Positions 32,269 to 43,969 of a DNA stretch of 64,000 bases are shown here, in pieces (position 1 is the stretch's first letter; each line of letters begins with the position of its first letter). The position numbers and the translations under genes are program-made. The DNA is taken from assembly GCA_024346625.1 (NCBI GenBank), contig AP024667.1, positions 992,001-1,056,000 on the forward strand. The letters are read 5' to 3'. The notes beneath the pieces are model-generated. The model was not told the DNA's origin and did not search any database. It saw only the letters and a list, made by a program, of their open reading frames with translations. This DNA comes from Williopsis jadinii. Lineage: Eukaryota.

Positions 32269-34202
32269 TTACTGGTGGCTAAAAATAGGCTTGGGCGTGT
32301 TCCAGGTAGCACCTCGTGCTTCCGCTAATGGGTTGACGGTTGTGGCTGCGAATGTGCTACAGAGGCAGATGAGCGTTGCAGAACACGCAATGGTGGGACC
32401 GCCGGTGGAAACGGTATCAACTGGGGGGATTTGAAAGAGCTGGGGGTGCCCACTATGAAGATAAGGACTACTAACCACGACACAATGGGGTATCTCTTGT
32501 GCTGGGCATCGAGAAGTGCGATCTACAGCTCATATTCCGGTGGGAAAAAGGGTTTGTCGGTGCATATCGTCAACGGTGTGGATCTGCGGCTGATGCTTAA
32601 GCATTTCTCCACGGTGATATTCCATCTCAGCTCGGTGGACGCTAGTGGAAGAGGTATTGTTGTTGAGGTTCTCTGCAAGCATGCTTCTGTTTCTTGTGAG
32701 GTCCAGGTAGAACCGTGCTGGGCTGAACAGGCTCGAGACAAATGCCGTTGTGCCTGCAAGGACCATCGCAGCTGCAGTGGCAGCTGCAAGTGCAGGATTA
32801 CGTGCTGGAGAGTGAAGAAACGGTGATTTGCCATGCCAAATCATAGCCTATAGCGAACCAAACCATCCAAGCTGGAGCCGTCCGACCAGCAGAGCCTACC
32901 ACTGCCCCAGAATTCTGAGATCTTTTTACAGAATTGAAAGCGCAGACGTGAACATCCCTGACGTTGTTTCTGTCTCGACGAAGTTGAATAGACATCCCAA
33001 GTTGATGCCAAACCTGTGGAAATTCGTCGCCAGAACTGGGAATTACACAAGCGAGGTATCTACCGGTGATTGCTGCATTAACAGCAGTTTGAGACGACAT
33101 CTCTCAGCCTGGTGTACTTCTCATATGCGTCGTAGAAGATCAAGCTAGAAGATGAAATCAATTCCCCGGAAAATGAAGAGGTGGCACTCATGAAGACCAG
33201 TGATGATAACACAGCTGAGCCTACTTGACCCAAGAGGTACTGTACTGAAGCGACAGATTCTAGGCCGGCTTTGAGGTCCTTATCTGGTAATACTGGTGCT
33301 CCAGGGTTCATATACAGTGCTCTTGTCGCGAGTCATAAGTTTATACCTCATGCTGAAAGGAATAATCAACCAACAAACTGCAGTAAAGCACAGGGATGAG
33401 CTCGACATCTCTCTGGAGGCAAGTGCACGGGAGTAATAAGCCTTGTTGAAGTTAACTCAACAGAAACAGGTAATCGCTGATGGCACTGAAAACACAACTC
33501 TTCTAAAAGACTAAAAGGTCAGATAAGATCCATAATATTTTCCATCAATTGGAAACACTTCTGCAAGTTCTGTTAACAGTTCACACATTCTAACCAACAG
33601 AGTGAGTGAAAGTATTGTCACCGGCATAGATGAAATAGACAAAAACCATCTGAAGGATTAGCAGAATGAATATGGATAGCATCAGCCATGGAACTTGTCC
33701 TTATTCCACCAAAGAAAAAACGTATATAGCGCATTCAAAGTAAACTAGCCATAATGACGCATAAAAGTTGCCTACTGCAACTACAATTGCAACAGATGAT
33801 GCGTCTAGCAAGCTAATAGCAGAAGCAACCGAGTTACATACGAAGGAATATCGTATGAGTGCCGATTGGCCGGCTGTTCCTTGCCTGGAATAACCCATCT
33901 TTGGGAATGTAGTGATCACCAATCGCATAGTAGCAAAGGCTGTTTACACACAATGTGTATGATTCGATTGCACTTTGGAGCAAGGTCAAGGGCCAGGTCC
34001 AAGAAGAGACAATTCCACAGCAGATTAAGCCGAAGGGGACGTTTCTCGAGGAGGCTGTGAACTCATCAACAGTATCAGAGTGAGTTCGAGTATACTTGTT
34101 CTGGATCCAGGTGATGACATTCATCAGCACTGCGAAGAACAGACCTAGGCCTATGATGACCGCATATCCAGCACCTTGTGGCAGATCAGCCTGTAGTGCC
34201 AT
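32269..34202 (-). pseudogene. Decayed DUR3-family (sodium:solute symporter) urea/polyamine transporter
   Basis: LPQGAGYAVIIGLG...VSSWTW; SLVFMSATSSFSGELISSSSLIFYDAY; SLFSPARF; CSTFAATTVNPLAEAR. These collinear DUR3-like pieces are broken by stops and frameshifts. Confidence 0.87.
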
Positions 34203-35041
34203 TTCCCCTAGTGTTGGTTTCCTGAGCTGTTGGCTGCTTATCTTCAAAAGCATCCATTCGAGAGGTATTTATATACATCAAAGATGGGCTATCATTTCTA
34301 CATCTAGTGGAGTTCCTGTGATGTGATGTGATGTGATCTACAGTGGAGACCATGCTCGTTCTAGCTCGACCACCGTGTACCATCCGGCGTCTCCAAGAAG
34401 AGCCACTGTGGCTATATCAGATGCAACATAGACGCACAACACCTAGCTTGAAGATCAAGAACAGGTAATCGTATAGTTGCCGTGCCAGGTGTGACATTCA
34501 ACCAGTCACCACGACACTCGGTGAACTGACAGCCTCAGCAGCGACATGGACACCTACGGGGAAGCAAGGCACACAGCCAAGCGAGTTCATACGCATCAGA
34601 TATACGGATAGCGTTCTTCAATCTGTGGCTGACGTATGTAGATAGATATATGCGTCCAGTGCAGATCATTTACTCCGAGCAGTGCCCTTGTTTGGATAGC
34701 TAAGCGACGTGGATTCGGAGGAATCTTCCATCATGGACCTAATGGCAACGTCTGATCCAGGATTATTATTGGACCTCTGGCTCCAGGGATCAATTGATCA
34801 GACTGTTCTGGTTTCTAAACACTGAGGACGTGTGTGCAGCGCACGGTGGCAGACTAGTTGTCTACACAAGTATGATGGAATTGGGTGCTTAATTGGGTGA
34901 TTTCGAGGTTGGAGCGACATTGTCCAGGTGCCCAGTCCAGTCCAGTCCAGTCCAATGGACTCACTGACGGCTGTTTCCTGATCAGATCAGGCCAAGTCGG
35001 TGTTCTTGATAGTTTTGTAGAACTCATGGAGAGTGAGTTAG

Positions 35042-35103
35042 CCCTATAAAACAGCATATGTTGCGCGTACCATTGGCATAGCGACTGTTCAAAAAAATTT
35101 TCA
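35042..35103 (+). promoter_or_regulatory. TATA box and RRPE-like element of the snoRNA host transcript
   Basis: CTATAAAA at about 35044-35051; AAAAAATTTTCA at about 35092-35103 (reverse complement of the RRPE TGAAAATTTT). Confidence 0.55.
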
Positions 35104-35156
35104 CATCTTCTCTTTCTCCAACTCTTTCTCCAACTCTTTGCTGTTTGGTGTATCCG

Positions 35157-35201
35157 TGTGGAGTCTCACTGTGGAGTCTCACTGTGGAGTCTCACTGTGG
35201 A
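35157..35201. repeat. 13-bp tandem repeat x3.4 in exon 1 of the snoRNA host
   Basis: tgtggagtctcac x3 plus tgtgga. A 12-bp ctctttctccaa duplication lies just upstream at 35110-35139. Confidence 0.9.
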
Positions 35202-35204
35202 AGA

Positions 35205-35414
35205 ATGGTGGTAAGTGATCGAGCCAATTGAGATTGTGAACTGGATTCAATGTGATGATTCAAACAGTTTTATGCATAGTTCAACTGATTCTTTTAATGA
35301 AGACACAACTAGCCATCTAGTCTTTCGCTCCTATCTGATTGAATCCACTCAGCGATCTCTTCTCTACAACCACTTGTATTGAAAAGTATACTAACGTTTG
35401 ATTTGTAGAATTGA
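35205..35414 (+). ncRNA. Spliced snoRNA host transcript (intron 35211-35408); spliced ORF is only ATG GTG AAT TGA
   Basis: GTAAGT donor at 35211, TACTAAC at 35389-35395, TAG at 35406-35408. No long + strand coding ORF is attached. Confidence 0.8.
35247..35342 (+). ncRNA. SNR60: Box C/D snoRNA, snR60 orthologue (25S Am817 and Gm908 guide, S. cerevisiae numbering)
   Basis: Box C GTGATGA 35252-58, D' CTGA 35285-88, C' ATGAAGA 35297-303, D CTGA 35335-38; terminal stem TGGATTCAA/TTGAATCCA. Guide GCATAGTTCA pairs with 25S TGAACTATGC; guide TAGTCTTTCGCTCCTAT pairs with ATAGGGGCGAAAGACTA (one G-U). Confidence 0.92.
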
Positions 35415-36122
<708 letters not shown>

Positions 36123-36435
36123 TTACAACGCTCGCTGGGTGGAAAGGGTGATGAGATGAGATGAGAAAGTGTGGGTATTAATTGCCTTGCAGTGGTTGTG
36201 ATGGACCCGATGGACAATATTACGTAATACCACCTGCGCGGATGACATAATCAACGGCTTGCGCGAAAAATTCCCAAAGAGGAAAATGATAAACGAGGGA
36301 GCAAAGTGAAAAAACCCGACGCCGTCGTCGTCGTCGCCGACACGAAACAAATTCCCCTGTTGAAATTTCTCTTCTCTCAATTCAGAGTTGAGCCTTTGAT
36401 AAGTTATCAATTGAGTGTTTTCCTTCAAAAGACAA

Positions 36436-38040
36436 ATGAGTGGCTGTGAGTAGAGCTGGAAGTGATATGTATGACAAGAAGTGAGAATACTAACCCAAGC
36501 AGTCCGTCTAATTGACATTGCGAAGCCTTTCATCCCTCTTCTGCCAGAGATTGAGATCTCTCCGGAAGCTGTGAGTACATACACACACACACGTCGGGAG
36601 CAAACTGCGGTTGTCCACAGATGTGTGGCACAGTTCAACTATGGACGTATACTAACGAGCACATGTTAGATATCCTTTGACGATAAAGTGGTGTATACCA
36701 TTGGTTCTGCCTTCATCTACCTATTCTTACAGCTTCCTGTGTGCGGAGGCCAAGGCATAACCAATGATCCATTTGCTTACTTGCGTCCAGTATTTGCCGC
36801 AGAGAGAGGCACCCTCTTGGAGTTTGGTGTATTCCCAATCATATCATCAGGACTGCTGTTCCAGCTGTTGGCTGGTGTCAAGCTGATCAAGGTCAACTTG
36901 AACTCTGTCAATGAGAGAACACTGTTCCAATCGGCTCAGAAGCTCTTTGCCATATTCCAATACTTCTTATTGACTAATATAATGTTGGCCACTGGATATT
37001 TCGGTTACTCCCTATCAATAACACAAGTGATCCTGATCAACGTGCAAATCGTCGGTGCTGGAACCTTTGTCACATTAATTGCAGAAGTTCTGGATAAAGG
37101 TTACGGCTTTGGCTCAGGTGCAATGTCCTTTATCGCTGTAAACACCGCAACAAACTTTATTGCTGACATCTTGGGATTCAACACGGTACAAACAGGCTCA
37201 GGATATCAATCTCAAGGTGCAATCATCAACTTGGTCTCCAATATCCGTAACAAATCTTGGACAAGGGCGATTTGGGATTCCTTCACTAGAAAAAACTTGC
37301 CAAACTTGACCCAGGCTTATATCGTTATCATCACCTTGCTCATTGCAGTGTTTTTGCAAAACTTCAGAATTGATCTGCCAATCAGATCAAACAGGGTTAG
37401 AGGCGCAAGTAACGTTTATCCAATCAGACTCTTGTACACCGGAGCCATGCCATTGGTGTATTCATACGTTGTCCTGTTTTATCTAAACTTGATCGGTTAC
37501 ACCATTGTCAACTTGGGTTTCAGAAACAACCCTTCACACATTGTTGTCAAAATCTTGGGCTATTACTCCTCATCCCCGTTCACAAACCAATTCACCGTGG
37601 AATCTCCTTCAGTGATGTACTTCTTGTCTCCATCCACAAGTCTCTATCAGGCATTAACACACCCTCTTAAGAACATTGTTTTCTCAGCGATTGTCATCAT
37701 CACTTCAGCAACCTTTGCAAACACTTGGTGTATGATCTCCGGCTCCTCTCCAAGAGATATAGCTGCAACTTTTAAAGAACAAGGCATATCTCTCGCAGGC
37801 CGTAGAGACATCTCAGTCTCAAAAGAGCTATCAAGAGTTATTCCAATTGCTGCTGTCTCTGGTGCAACTTGTCTATCTATCTTGACAATCGTTGGTGAAT
37901 GGTTCGGTGGACGTGGTAAAGGTGCTGCTGTGGCCATTGCCGTTGCCATTGCCTTCAGTTTCTTGGAGTTGATAGCAACTGAATATCAACAAGCAGGTGG
38001 ATCTCAAAACTTTGGCCAAATCTTCAACCAAGGATTGTGA
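36436..38040 (+). CDS. SSH1: Sec61-alpha paralogue Ssh1; join(36436..36445,36503..36570,36670..38040); 482 aa
   Basis: Two GTGAGT..TACTAAC..YAG introns (57 and 99 nt) give MSGFRLIDIAKPFIPLLPEIEISPEAISFDDKVVYT. SecY motifs GTLLEFGVFPIISSG and YPIRLLYTGAMP. Confidence 0.94.
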
Positions 38041-38447
38041 TTACCAGTTCACTAAAAACTCCCTCGTTCTTCCTTTTCTCAATACTATTGTAACCGATTG
38101 TAACTGATATTCCATAACGCTTGATCCGTGTATGATGGTTATTTTTGAAAGAGAAGATGGAGAGTGAAAGGAAAATGTACAGTATCCAAATCATCAACAG
38201 TGAAACTGTTCAGTGCAGAAGGGTACACTAAAGGAAAACAGAAATATTCACTAGTTGTTTCATCATGATTCGAATCAACGGTGAGACATTGTCTACTCGA
38301 CAAAAGGAAAAAAAAGAAAAATATATAGAAAGAACCCTCCTCCCTTTTTAACGTCCACTTTCAATTCGTGAGATCACTCATCGTATTGTAAAATTCGTAC
38401 CTACTGCTGCATAAAGTCATGCGCGGGATGCATCGTTGTAGACTGCC

Positions 38448-40631
38448 TCATGCAGTGGTGCCAATAGTTCGTAACTTACCCATACTCATTTGTGATTGAG
38501 TACGTTTAAACTCTTGACTCTCTTGTGCAATACGCAAGTCCTTCAATTTCGCCTCCAAGATAGGAACGTCTCTTAAAGTCTTATTCAAAGACATCAACTC
38601 AGTCTCCCACTGTAATCTCTTTTCGGCATCTAATCTGGTGAAGGCATAGGTACCATCTCCGCGGAATTTCAAGATATAGTTATGGAAATGCCACAAGGAG
38701 GAACGATGTGCGACAGAGAGTAAAGAAATCCCCAAGGATTGTGCATGTGAATACATCAACTGCTCCATCTGGGGAGACACAGCCGATGTGCACTCATCCA
38801 AAACGGCAAATTTTGGCTTATGATAGTAGAGGCGTGCCATGGCAAGACGTTGCTGAACACCAACAGAAAGTTCCTCAGGCCAATTACGTACTGTCTCAAA
38901 AGGATCAACTTGCGAAACCTCTAGAGTATCATCCTTAGCCAATTCCAATGCGATATTCTCGTGCAATAAAAATTTCAGCTCAAGGATCTCCAAGATTTGA
39001 ACGAGTTCCTTATTTGATTTATACTTGTACTCTGTCGATGGGTAGATGATGACATCCTTTAAGGATGATTTTGAAAGATATGCACGCTGTGGTAAATAAA
39101 ACACATTCTCAAAATGTGGTAAGGTCAATTCACCACTAATAACGGGCCATAACCCACCAAGGATTCGAAAAAGTGAAGACTTACCACATCCATTTGGACC
39201 AGCAATCAACAAGTGATCACCATGTTCAATTCTCAGACTGAGAGAAGGTGCAAGGACAATATTTGCCGGTGTAATCAATGGAACCTCGTTGAATTCAATA
39301 ACATCGTCATCGTATTTTATCACTCCTCTTGCTAAGGAATTTGGAGAAACAGTGGTATCTGCCTCAACTAATGCCGTTTTAAACTCAGTGATTCTGTCAA
39401 CATAACCAACGACTTGTTGGATATCCTTACGCGAGTGGATCAACATTCCCAATGATGACGATGCAGAAAGTAACAAGCGACGATTTGTGATGAAGGTCGC
39501 AGAGCTTGCTTCATCAACAATGTTGTTAAACTTGTTAACAAATATTGGGATGGAGCACAACACCAAACCAGCAGCACCCCATGTATACTTCACGATGAAA
39601 TCTGTAGCGGTGTCGTATATTGCCCTAGCACGTAATTCATAACTTGTAAACTTTTCCAATTCGTAATAAGACTTGTCCAATATATCTAACTCTCTTGGAT
39701 GCCCCCTGAGGAATGCAACTTCTTCACTGAAGAGGACAACTCTTGAATGCAGTGTTCTCAATAAGCCTTCCAGACGAGACCTTTCAATGGCAATCTTTGT
39801 AAAATTTGGAGACATAAATTTCAGGAATAACGAGGTTGTATGCGCAATTATACCAAGGAGTAACGTACCCTCAGCAGACCCAGTCTTTGCCAATTCAAAA
39901 GAGCACAAGATCAAATCCAAGGAAGGTTTCAAGATGTGGTTTGGTAAAGATGCCAATGATGACGATAGGTTTGTCACATCTGTAGTAATTCTCTGATTTG
40001 GATCTTCAACCTTGTGTTCTGAAGGCATATGAATCAGACTGTAATAGTTTGGATTCTTTTTTTGTTTTGAATCGTCGTTGACATCCTTTGTAGGCAAGTA
40101 ATAATCCATCAAGCTTGCAGTCAAGTTCTTGTTAATGTTCAAGGATAGTTGGTTGGTAACAAAGTCCAACAGGGCGTTCGTCACAGTAGCTGGAATACCA
40201 ATCAGCATCCACTGTAATAACAACTTCATAAACGTGGCTGTTTTCTTACGGATCATAGCACTAACTAGCCAACCATCCAAAGCGGCAACTCTCAACGTTA
40301 AAAGCGCCCTTGTGACCAAGAGACAGAGCTGAATGACAAAGTATAAGGGCACCCTCGACTTCCAGGAAGGTATGATTGCCTTAAACATACGTATAACTGT
40401 GTTTCGATCCACTTTAACCCGTTTTGACCTCTTCTTCCCGCTGGAAACCTTGTCATTCTCCACCTCTTGTTGACCTTCTTCGGCGGCAATCTGTTTCCTC
40501 TTTGTTGGCTGTGATGTATTGAAGCTCATAAAGAGCAAAATAAGATAAGAAGTCTTAAGGATAAGTCCTTTATGACGTGTGTACCACTGTAGCAAAGGTG
40601 GAGCGAAGCGCTTTATCCTTTGAGCATTCAT
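38448..40631 (-). CDS. PXA2: Peroxisomal ABCD half-transporter
   Basis: DPNQRITTD, EAA-like SEEVAFLRG, Walker A GPNGCGKSS, LSVGVQQR, LDECTSAV. The N-terminus resembles Pxa2 more than Pxa1. Confidence 0.85.
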   Translation of the reverse strand: MNAQRIKRFAPPLLQWYTRHKGLILKTSYLILLFMSFNTSQPTKRKQIAAEEGQQEVENDKVSSGKKRSKRVKVDRNTVIRMFKAIIPSWKSRVPLYFVIQLCLLVTRALLTLRVAALDGWLVSAMIRKKTATFMKLLLQWMLIGIPATVTNALLDFVTNQLSLNINKNLTASLMDYYLPTKDVNDDSKQKKNPNYYSLIHMPSEHKVEDPNQRITTDVTNLSSSLASLPNHILKPSLDLILCSFELAKTGSAEGTLLLGIIAHTTSLFLKFMSPNFTKIAIERSRLEGLLRTLHSRVVLFSEEVAFLRGHPRELDILDKSYYELEKFTSYELRARAIYDTATDFIVKYTWGAAGLVLCSIPIFVNKFNNIVDEASSATFITNRRLLLSASSSLGMLIHSRKDIQQVVGYVDRITEFKTALVEADTTVSPNSLARGVIKYDDDVIEFNEVPLITPANIVLAPSLSLRIEHGDHLLIAGPNGCGKSSLFRILGGLWPVISGELTLPHFENVFYLPQRAYLSKSSLKDVIIYPSTEYKYKSNKELVQILEILELKFLLHENIALELAKDDTLEVSQVDPFETVRNWPEELSVGVQQRLAMARLYYHKPKFAVLDECTSAVSPQMEQLMYSHAQSLGISLLSVAHRSSLWHFHNYILKFRGDGTYAFTRLDAEKRLQWETELMSLNKTLRDVPILEAKLKDLRIAQESQEFKRTQSQMSMGKLRTIGTTA

Positions 40632-41179
40632 CGTATAATTCTAACTATTTGTTGTGCTTCAGCAATGTTGTGATGGAAAGGAAAAGAAGAAAGTGCACGC
40701 CGGTGCCCTTTTTATAAACAAATTAACCGCTGTAAACATAAAAACGAGAAATGCTTTGCGGGGAAACTTGAAGTGGATCGACCGCGGAGCACTTTTGTGA
40801 CAAAAATCAATAAGGCTGTGTATGGATGTTTAGGTGTGGGGATGTTTAGGTGTACGGGTTATGCTCCACAAGCCATTGAACTGAAACATATCCTCCAGTT
40901 GCATAAGCAATATTGTCTATCAGAGACCTTTGATGTGTTTCAGGTGAGTGAATATGTCTGAGCAAGGATAGACGTTATATGCGCGATGCAGGGCTGTTTG
41001 CGCAAGCAATAAATGTTGTCAATAGTTGGAACGTTTTAGATAGACACAGTGATTAAACGTCCGTATATTGAAGTAAAAGCAAAAACCATTTGTATATACA
41101 CTGCTTTAATTGTTTTGTAACTATTGTGCAACACTGGAAAAGTGTGAATAGTGGGATTAGTGATTCCCCATTGAGAGGT

Positions 41180-42497
41180 TCAAATTGAAATGACCAGACT
41201 CAATATGGCGTACCGAATTCTTATTCGAATTTACCATCATAAGACTACTGTGACATCTTCTATAGTCGCCAGAGTCGATGAAGTGCCTGGCCTTGTGGAT
41301 AACAGTATTTGAGTAGCAATAGCCACGGAGTAATCAACGACACCGATATGGCTAGCAATAGCTGTAAAGAGTGTCGTGGTTTTGATAACTTCACCATGTG
41401 TGGTTTACAAATCGTTTCCAGGGACATAATATTTCTGTTTCTGTTTGAAATACCAGCAGTACACCAACTGAGATACCACCACTGATTATTGAACTTAGGG
41501 TCTCTACAATGGGACCAACATAACCAGCGATATCTTCCTCACTTTCGCAATAGGGAGAATACGGTCTAGATGTTATTTTCTCAGCATCGCCAGTGGTAGT
41601 AACAACAATGACATTGGTTACTATACTTGTGATAATATACGACTCTTAACGATAAGTTGTTTAGGATGTAACGGCACCGGAAACAACTTCAATAACAATA
41701 GCCGCACCAGTGGTTTGTTCAAACTCATGACAAACAGCGTCACATCTGGTAACAATGATAATAGTTAAAATAGCAGCTGTACGAGTTATTGTCAGTGTTG
41801 TAGTCGTTAGTGTGATACCAGAAATGACGGAGCTTAAATTGAACTCCTTGGAAACAGGAAATGAATGTATCGACAAAGTCGATGAATCATATGAAACAAT
41901 AGATCTATTATTGCAGAATTTAGAAAAATCGTTATTTGATGACTCACTGCTCGACTCAGATGACAGAACAGAAGATTCAGCGAACTCATCCAACGAGCGT
42001 TGAATCCCATCTTCACTGATATTAGTCTCCACTTTAAGTTACATTCTTCCGTATCTCTCTTCTTAATAATCATAGACAGAGCGTTAACGATCACGGTTAC
42101 CAACGCAATCCATTGATAACCACTAAGCAGATCTGCAATAAAGTCAACAATAACAACGTTATCCTCATAAATTGTCCCAGAAACCACCATCTCAATCAAC
42201 CCTGTGGTAACAACAGTACTATGTAGTAAGTTTTTCATCGACCAGATCATCAGTAAACTCAAAAATATCAGACACATAGTCTCTGGTGATGTTTATTTCC
42301 ATAGAATCCCATAGACCAATGCTGCAAGTAATGGTGAGTGTCCACTGAGCAGTGTCCCCTTCAGCATTACACGCACCTCTAAGGATAGGTGCAGTAGGAA
42401 CTGCAGAGATAGAAGGGCTCGTTAACACACTCGATACTTCTTCCCCGCTTCTAGAAGAGATGGATGTATATCCATCACTTGTTGAACATGGGCTCAA
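41180..42497 (-). pseudogene. Second decayed paralogue (C-terminal half) of the GPI wall protein
   Basis: SAVPTAPILRGACNAEGDTAQWTLTITCSIGLWDSMEINITRD ~ SALPTEPVIDGEYNPEDETAIWNVEIPGNIGAWTSVEVTITKE; SGYQWIALV..IKKR ~ GGYEWTSLA..LAKR; TRCDAVCHEFEQTTG flocculin-like piece. Contains stops and frameshifts; the 3' boundary is approximate. Confidence 0.85.
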
Positions 42498-43110
42498 TGA
42501 ATCTTTTCCATAAGACTGGAGTTCCTACCACTTCACCTCCTGCCTTAGTCTCCCTGTGAGGCTTGGAGCTTGGTATGGAGTAGCTGAAATCCCTAATTTG
42601 GAAGCGTATATCAGCAAAGTTCCAATCGTACAGGTTATTTCATGTCCTTATCATGCCAAATTTTGCAAAGAGGTGTAATCCATACAGGGACAAGCTTATA
42701 ATAGTAGATGCACAGCTAATAACAGTTAGAGGTGACATGATATTCACGAACTGTTCAGCCTAAAAGTGTTTTCTCGTTCGTCCCCAGTTCCGCAGAGTTC
42801 CAGTCACAACAGTAGTACACCAGCAATACGTGTAGCACAAGGTATACAATGACATATAGTCACAGTAATTAAGACAGACTGCCTGCACAAGACCTTTAAT
42901 CAAATTCAGAGAGTTCAAATGGTGTACTGATTGAAACCCCAGTCAGCATCTCATGATAGGCTCAGAACCACCAGCAATCACACATCCTTCACGCACACCA
43001 AAGTGCGCTAAGGTAGGAGTCATGTCCTTCAGTGTCGATGGTCTCCATCGTCGTTGCCCTGGGCAGATATCTCAGCCTATGGCATATCGATCTTAGGCTG
43101 CCGTCTTTGT

Positions 43111-43449
43111 TTACAATGCCATCTTCGTCGCTGTAAACAACTCTTTGTTCCGGGAGAGCTCTTGGCTCAGCTCCTCAATCCTTAGAGCGTAGAACTGCTC
43201 ACACAGCTGGATGATATTCTTGTCAGGATACTCAGCAAGCAATCCATCTATCAACGCTTGTAGATGTTGACGAGTGATTTGCCCATCGGTTCCTTGGAGT
43301 TTGTTATGCGATAGCTGGAAAGCAGGGTGGTTTGTATAGCGGGAGTGCAGTAGCTCTATATCGTCAAACCCATACTGCTCAATCAGCTGAACAAGCAGGA
43401 GTCTATCACGTGTGTTGAGATCGTCCAGCTGTACAACCTTAAGCGTCAT
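43111..43449 (-). CDS. 112-aa helical hypothetical protein
   Basis: ATG at 43449 in A-rich context, globular helical composition, C-terminal coiled-coil. Confidence 0.65.
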   Translation of the reverse strand: MTLKVVQLDDLNTRDRLLLVQLIEQYGFDDIELLHSRYTNHPAFQLSHNKLQGTDGQITRQHLQALIDGLLAEYPDKNIIQLCEQFYALRIEELSQELSRNKELFTATKMAL

Positions 43450-43969
43450 TCTCTTTTTCGTTTCCAATGTTCTGGAGCACCTAATGACATTAACAACTCT
43501 TCCATCAACACCGTTGGAATATCTGCCAATTAGCCGACGGCATAAGCCTCTCCCCGTTATTTTTGTGGCACGGGACACACGAACTGTTACCCGGCTTCCA
43601 CAGAAGTGCGTTGCTCTGACAACAAACCGGTCATGGTTGGGGACACAACAAGCCATCGAAAGTGTCAACAAATCGAGAAACCATTACACATTCCACCACT
43701 ACTTTGCCCTTTGTGTGGTTGTGTTTACCGTTTCCTTTGGCCTTTGACTTGATAACACACATAGCGTACGACACTGGAAGGAGAACTGCGTGGTCTTTGG
43801 CTCATTTCTCCGTTATCACTACAGTTATACACGGATCAAGAGTGGGAAGCTGTTGTTACTCCGTGACATATATCGTTGTGCTTGGACTAAGTGAAGAAGT
43901 ATCAGTCAGCTACTGAGATCCTTAACGCGTCGTGCCATCCAACTGACTGAGTGACAGGGAGACATTCCC

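Noticed and set aside
32480..32496. ACACAATGGGG resembling RNase MRP CR-V
   Set aside because: No matching GAAAGTCCCC-type CR-I nearby, and it lies within the DUR3-like relic.
41150..41195. GGTTCAAAT B-box-like motif suggesting a tRNA
   Set aside because: No cloverleaf or acceptor stem can be built. No tRNA, rRNA, CRISPR array or intact transposon was recognised anywhere in the window.
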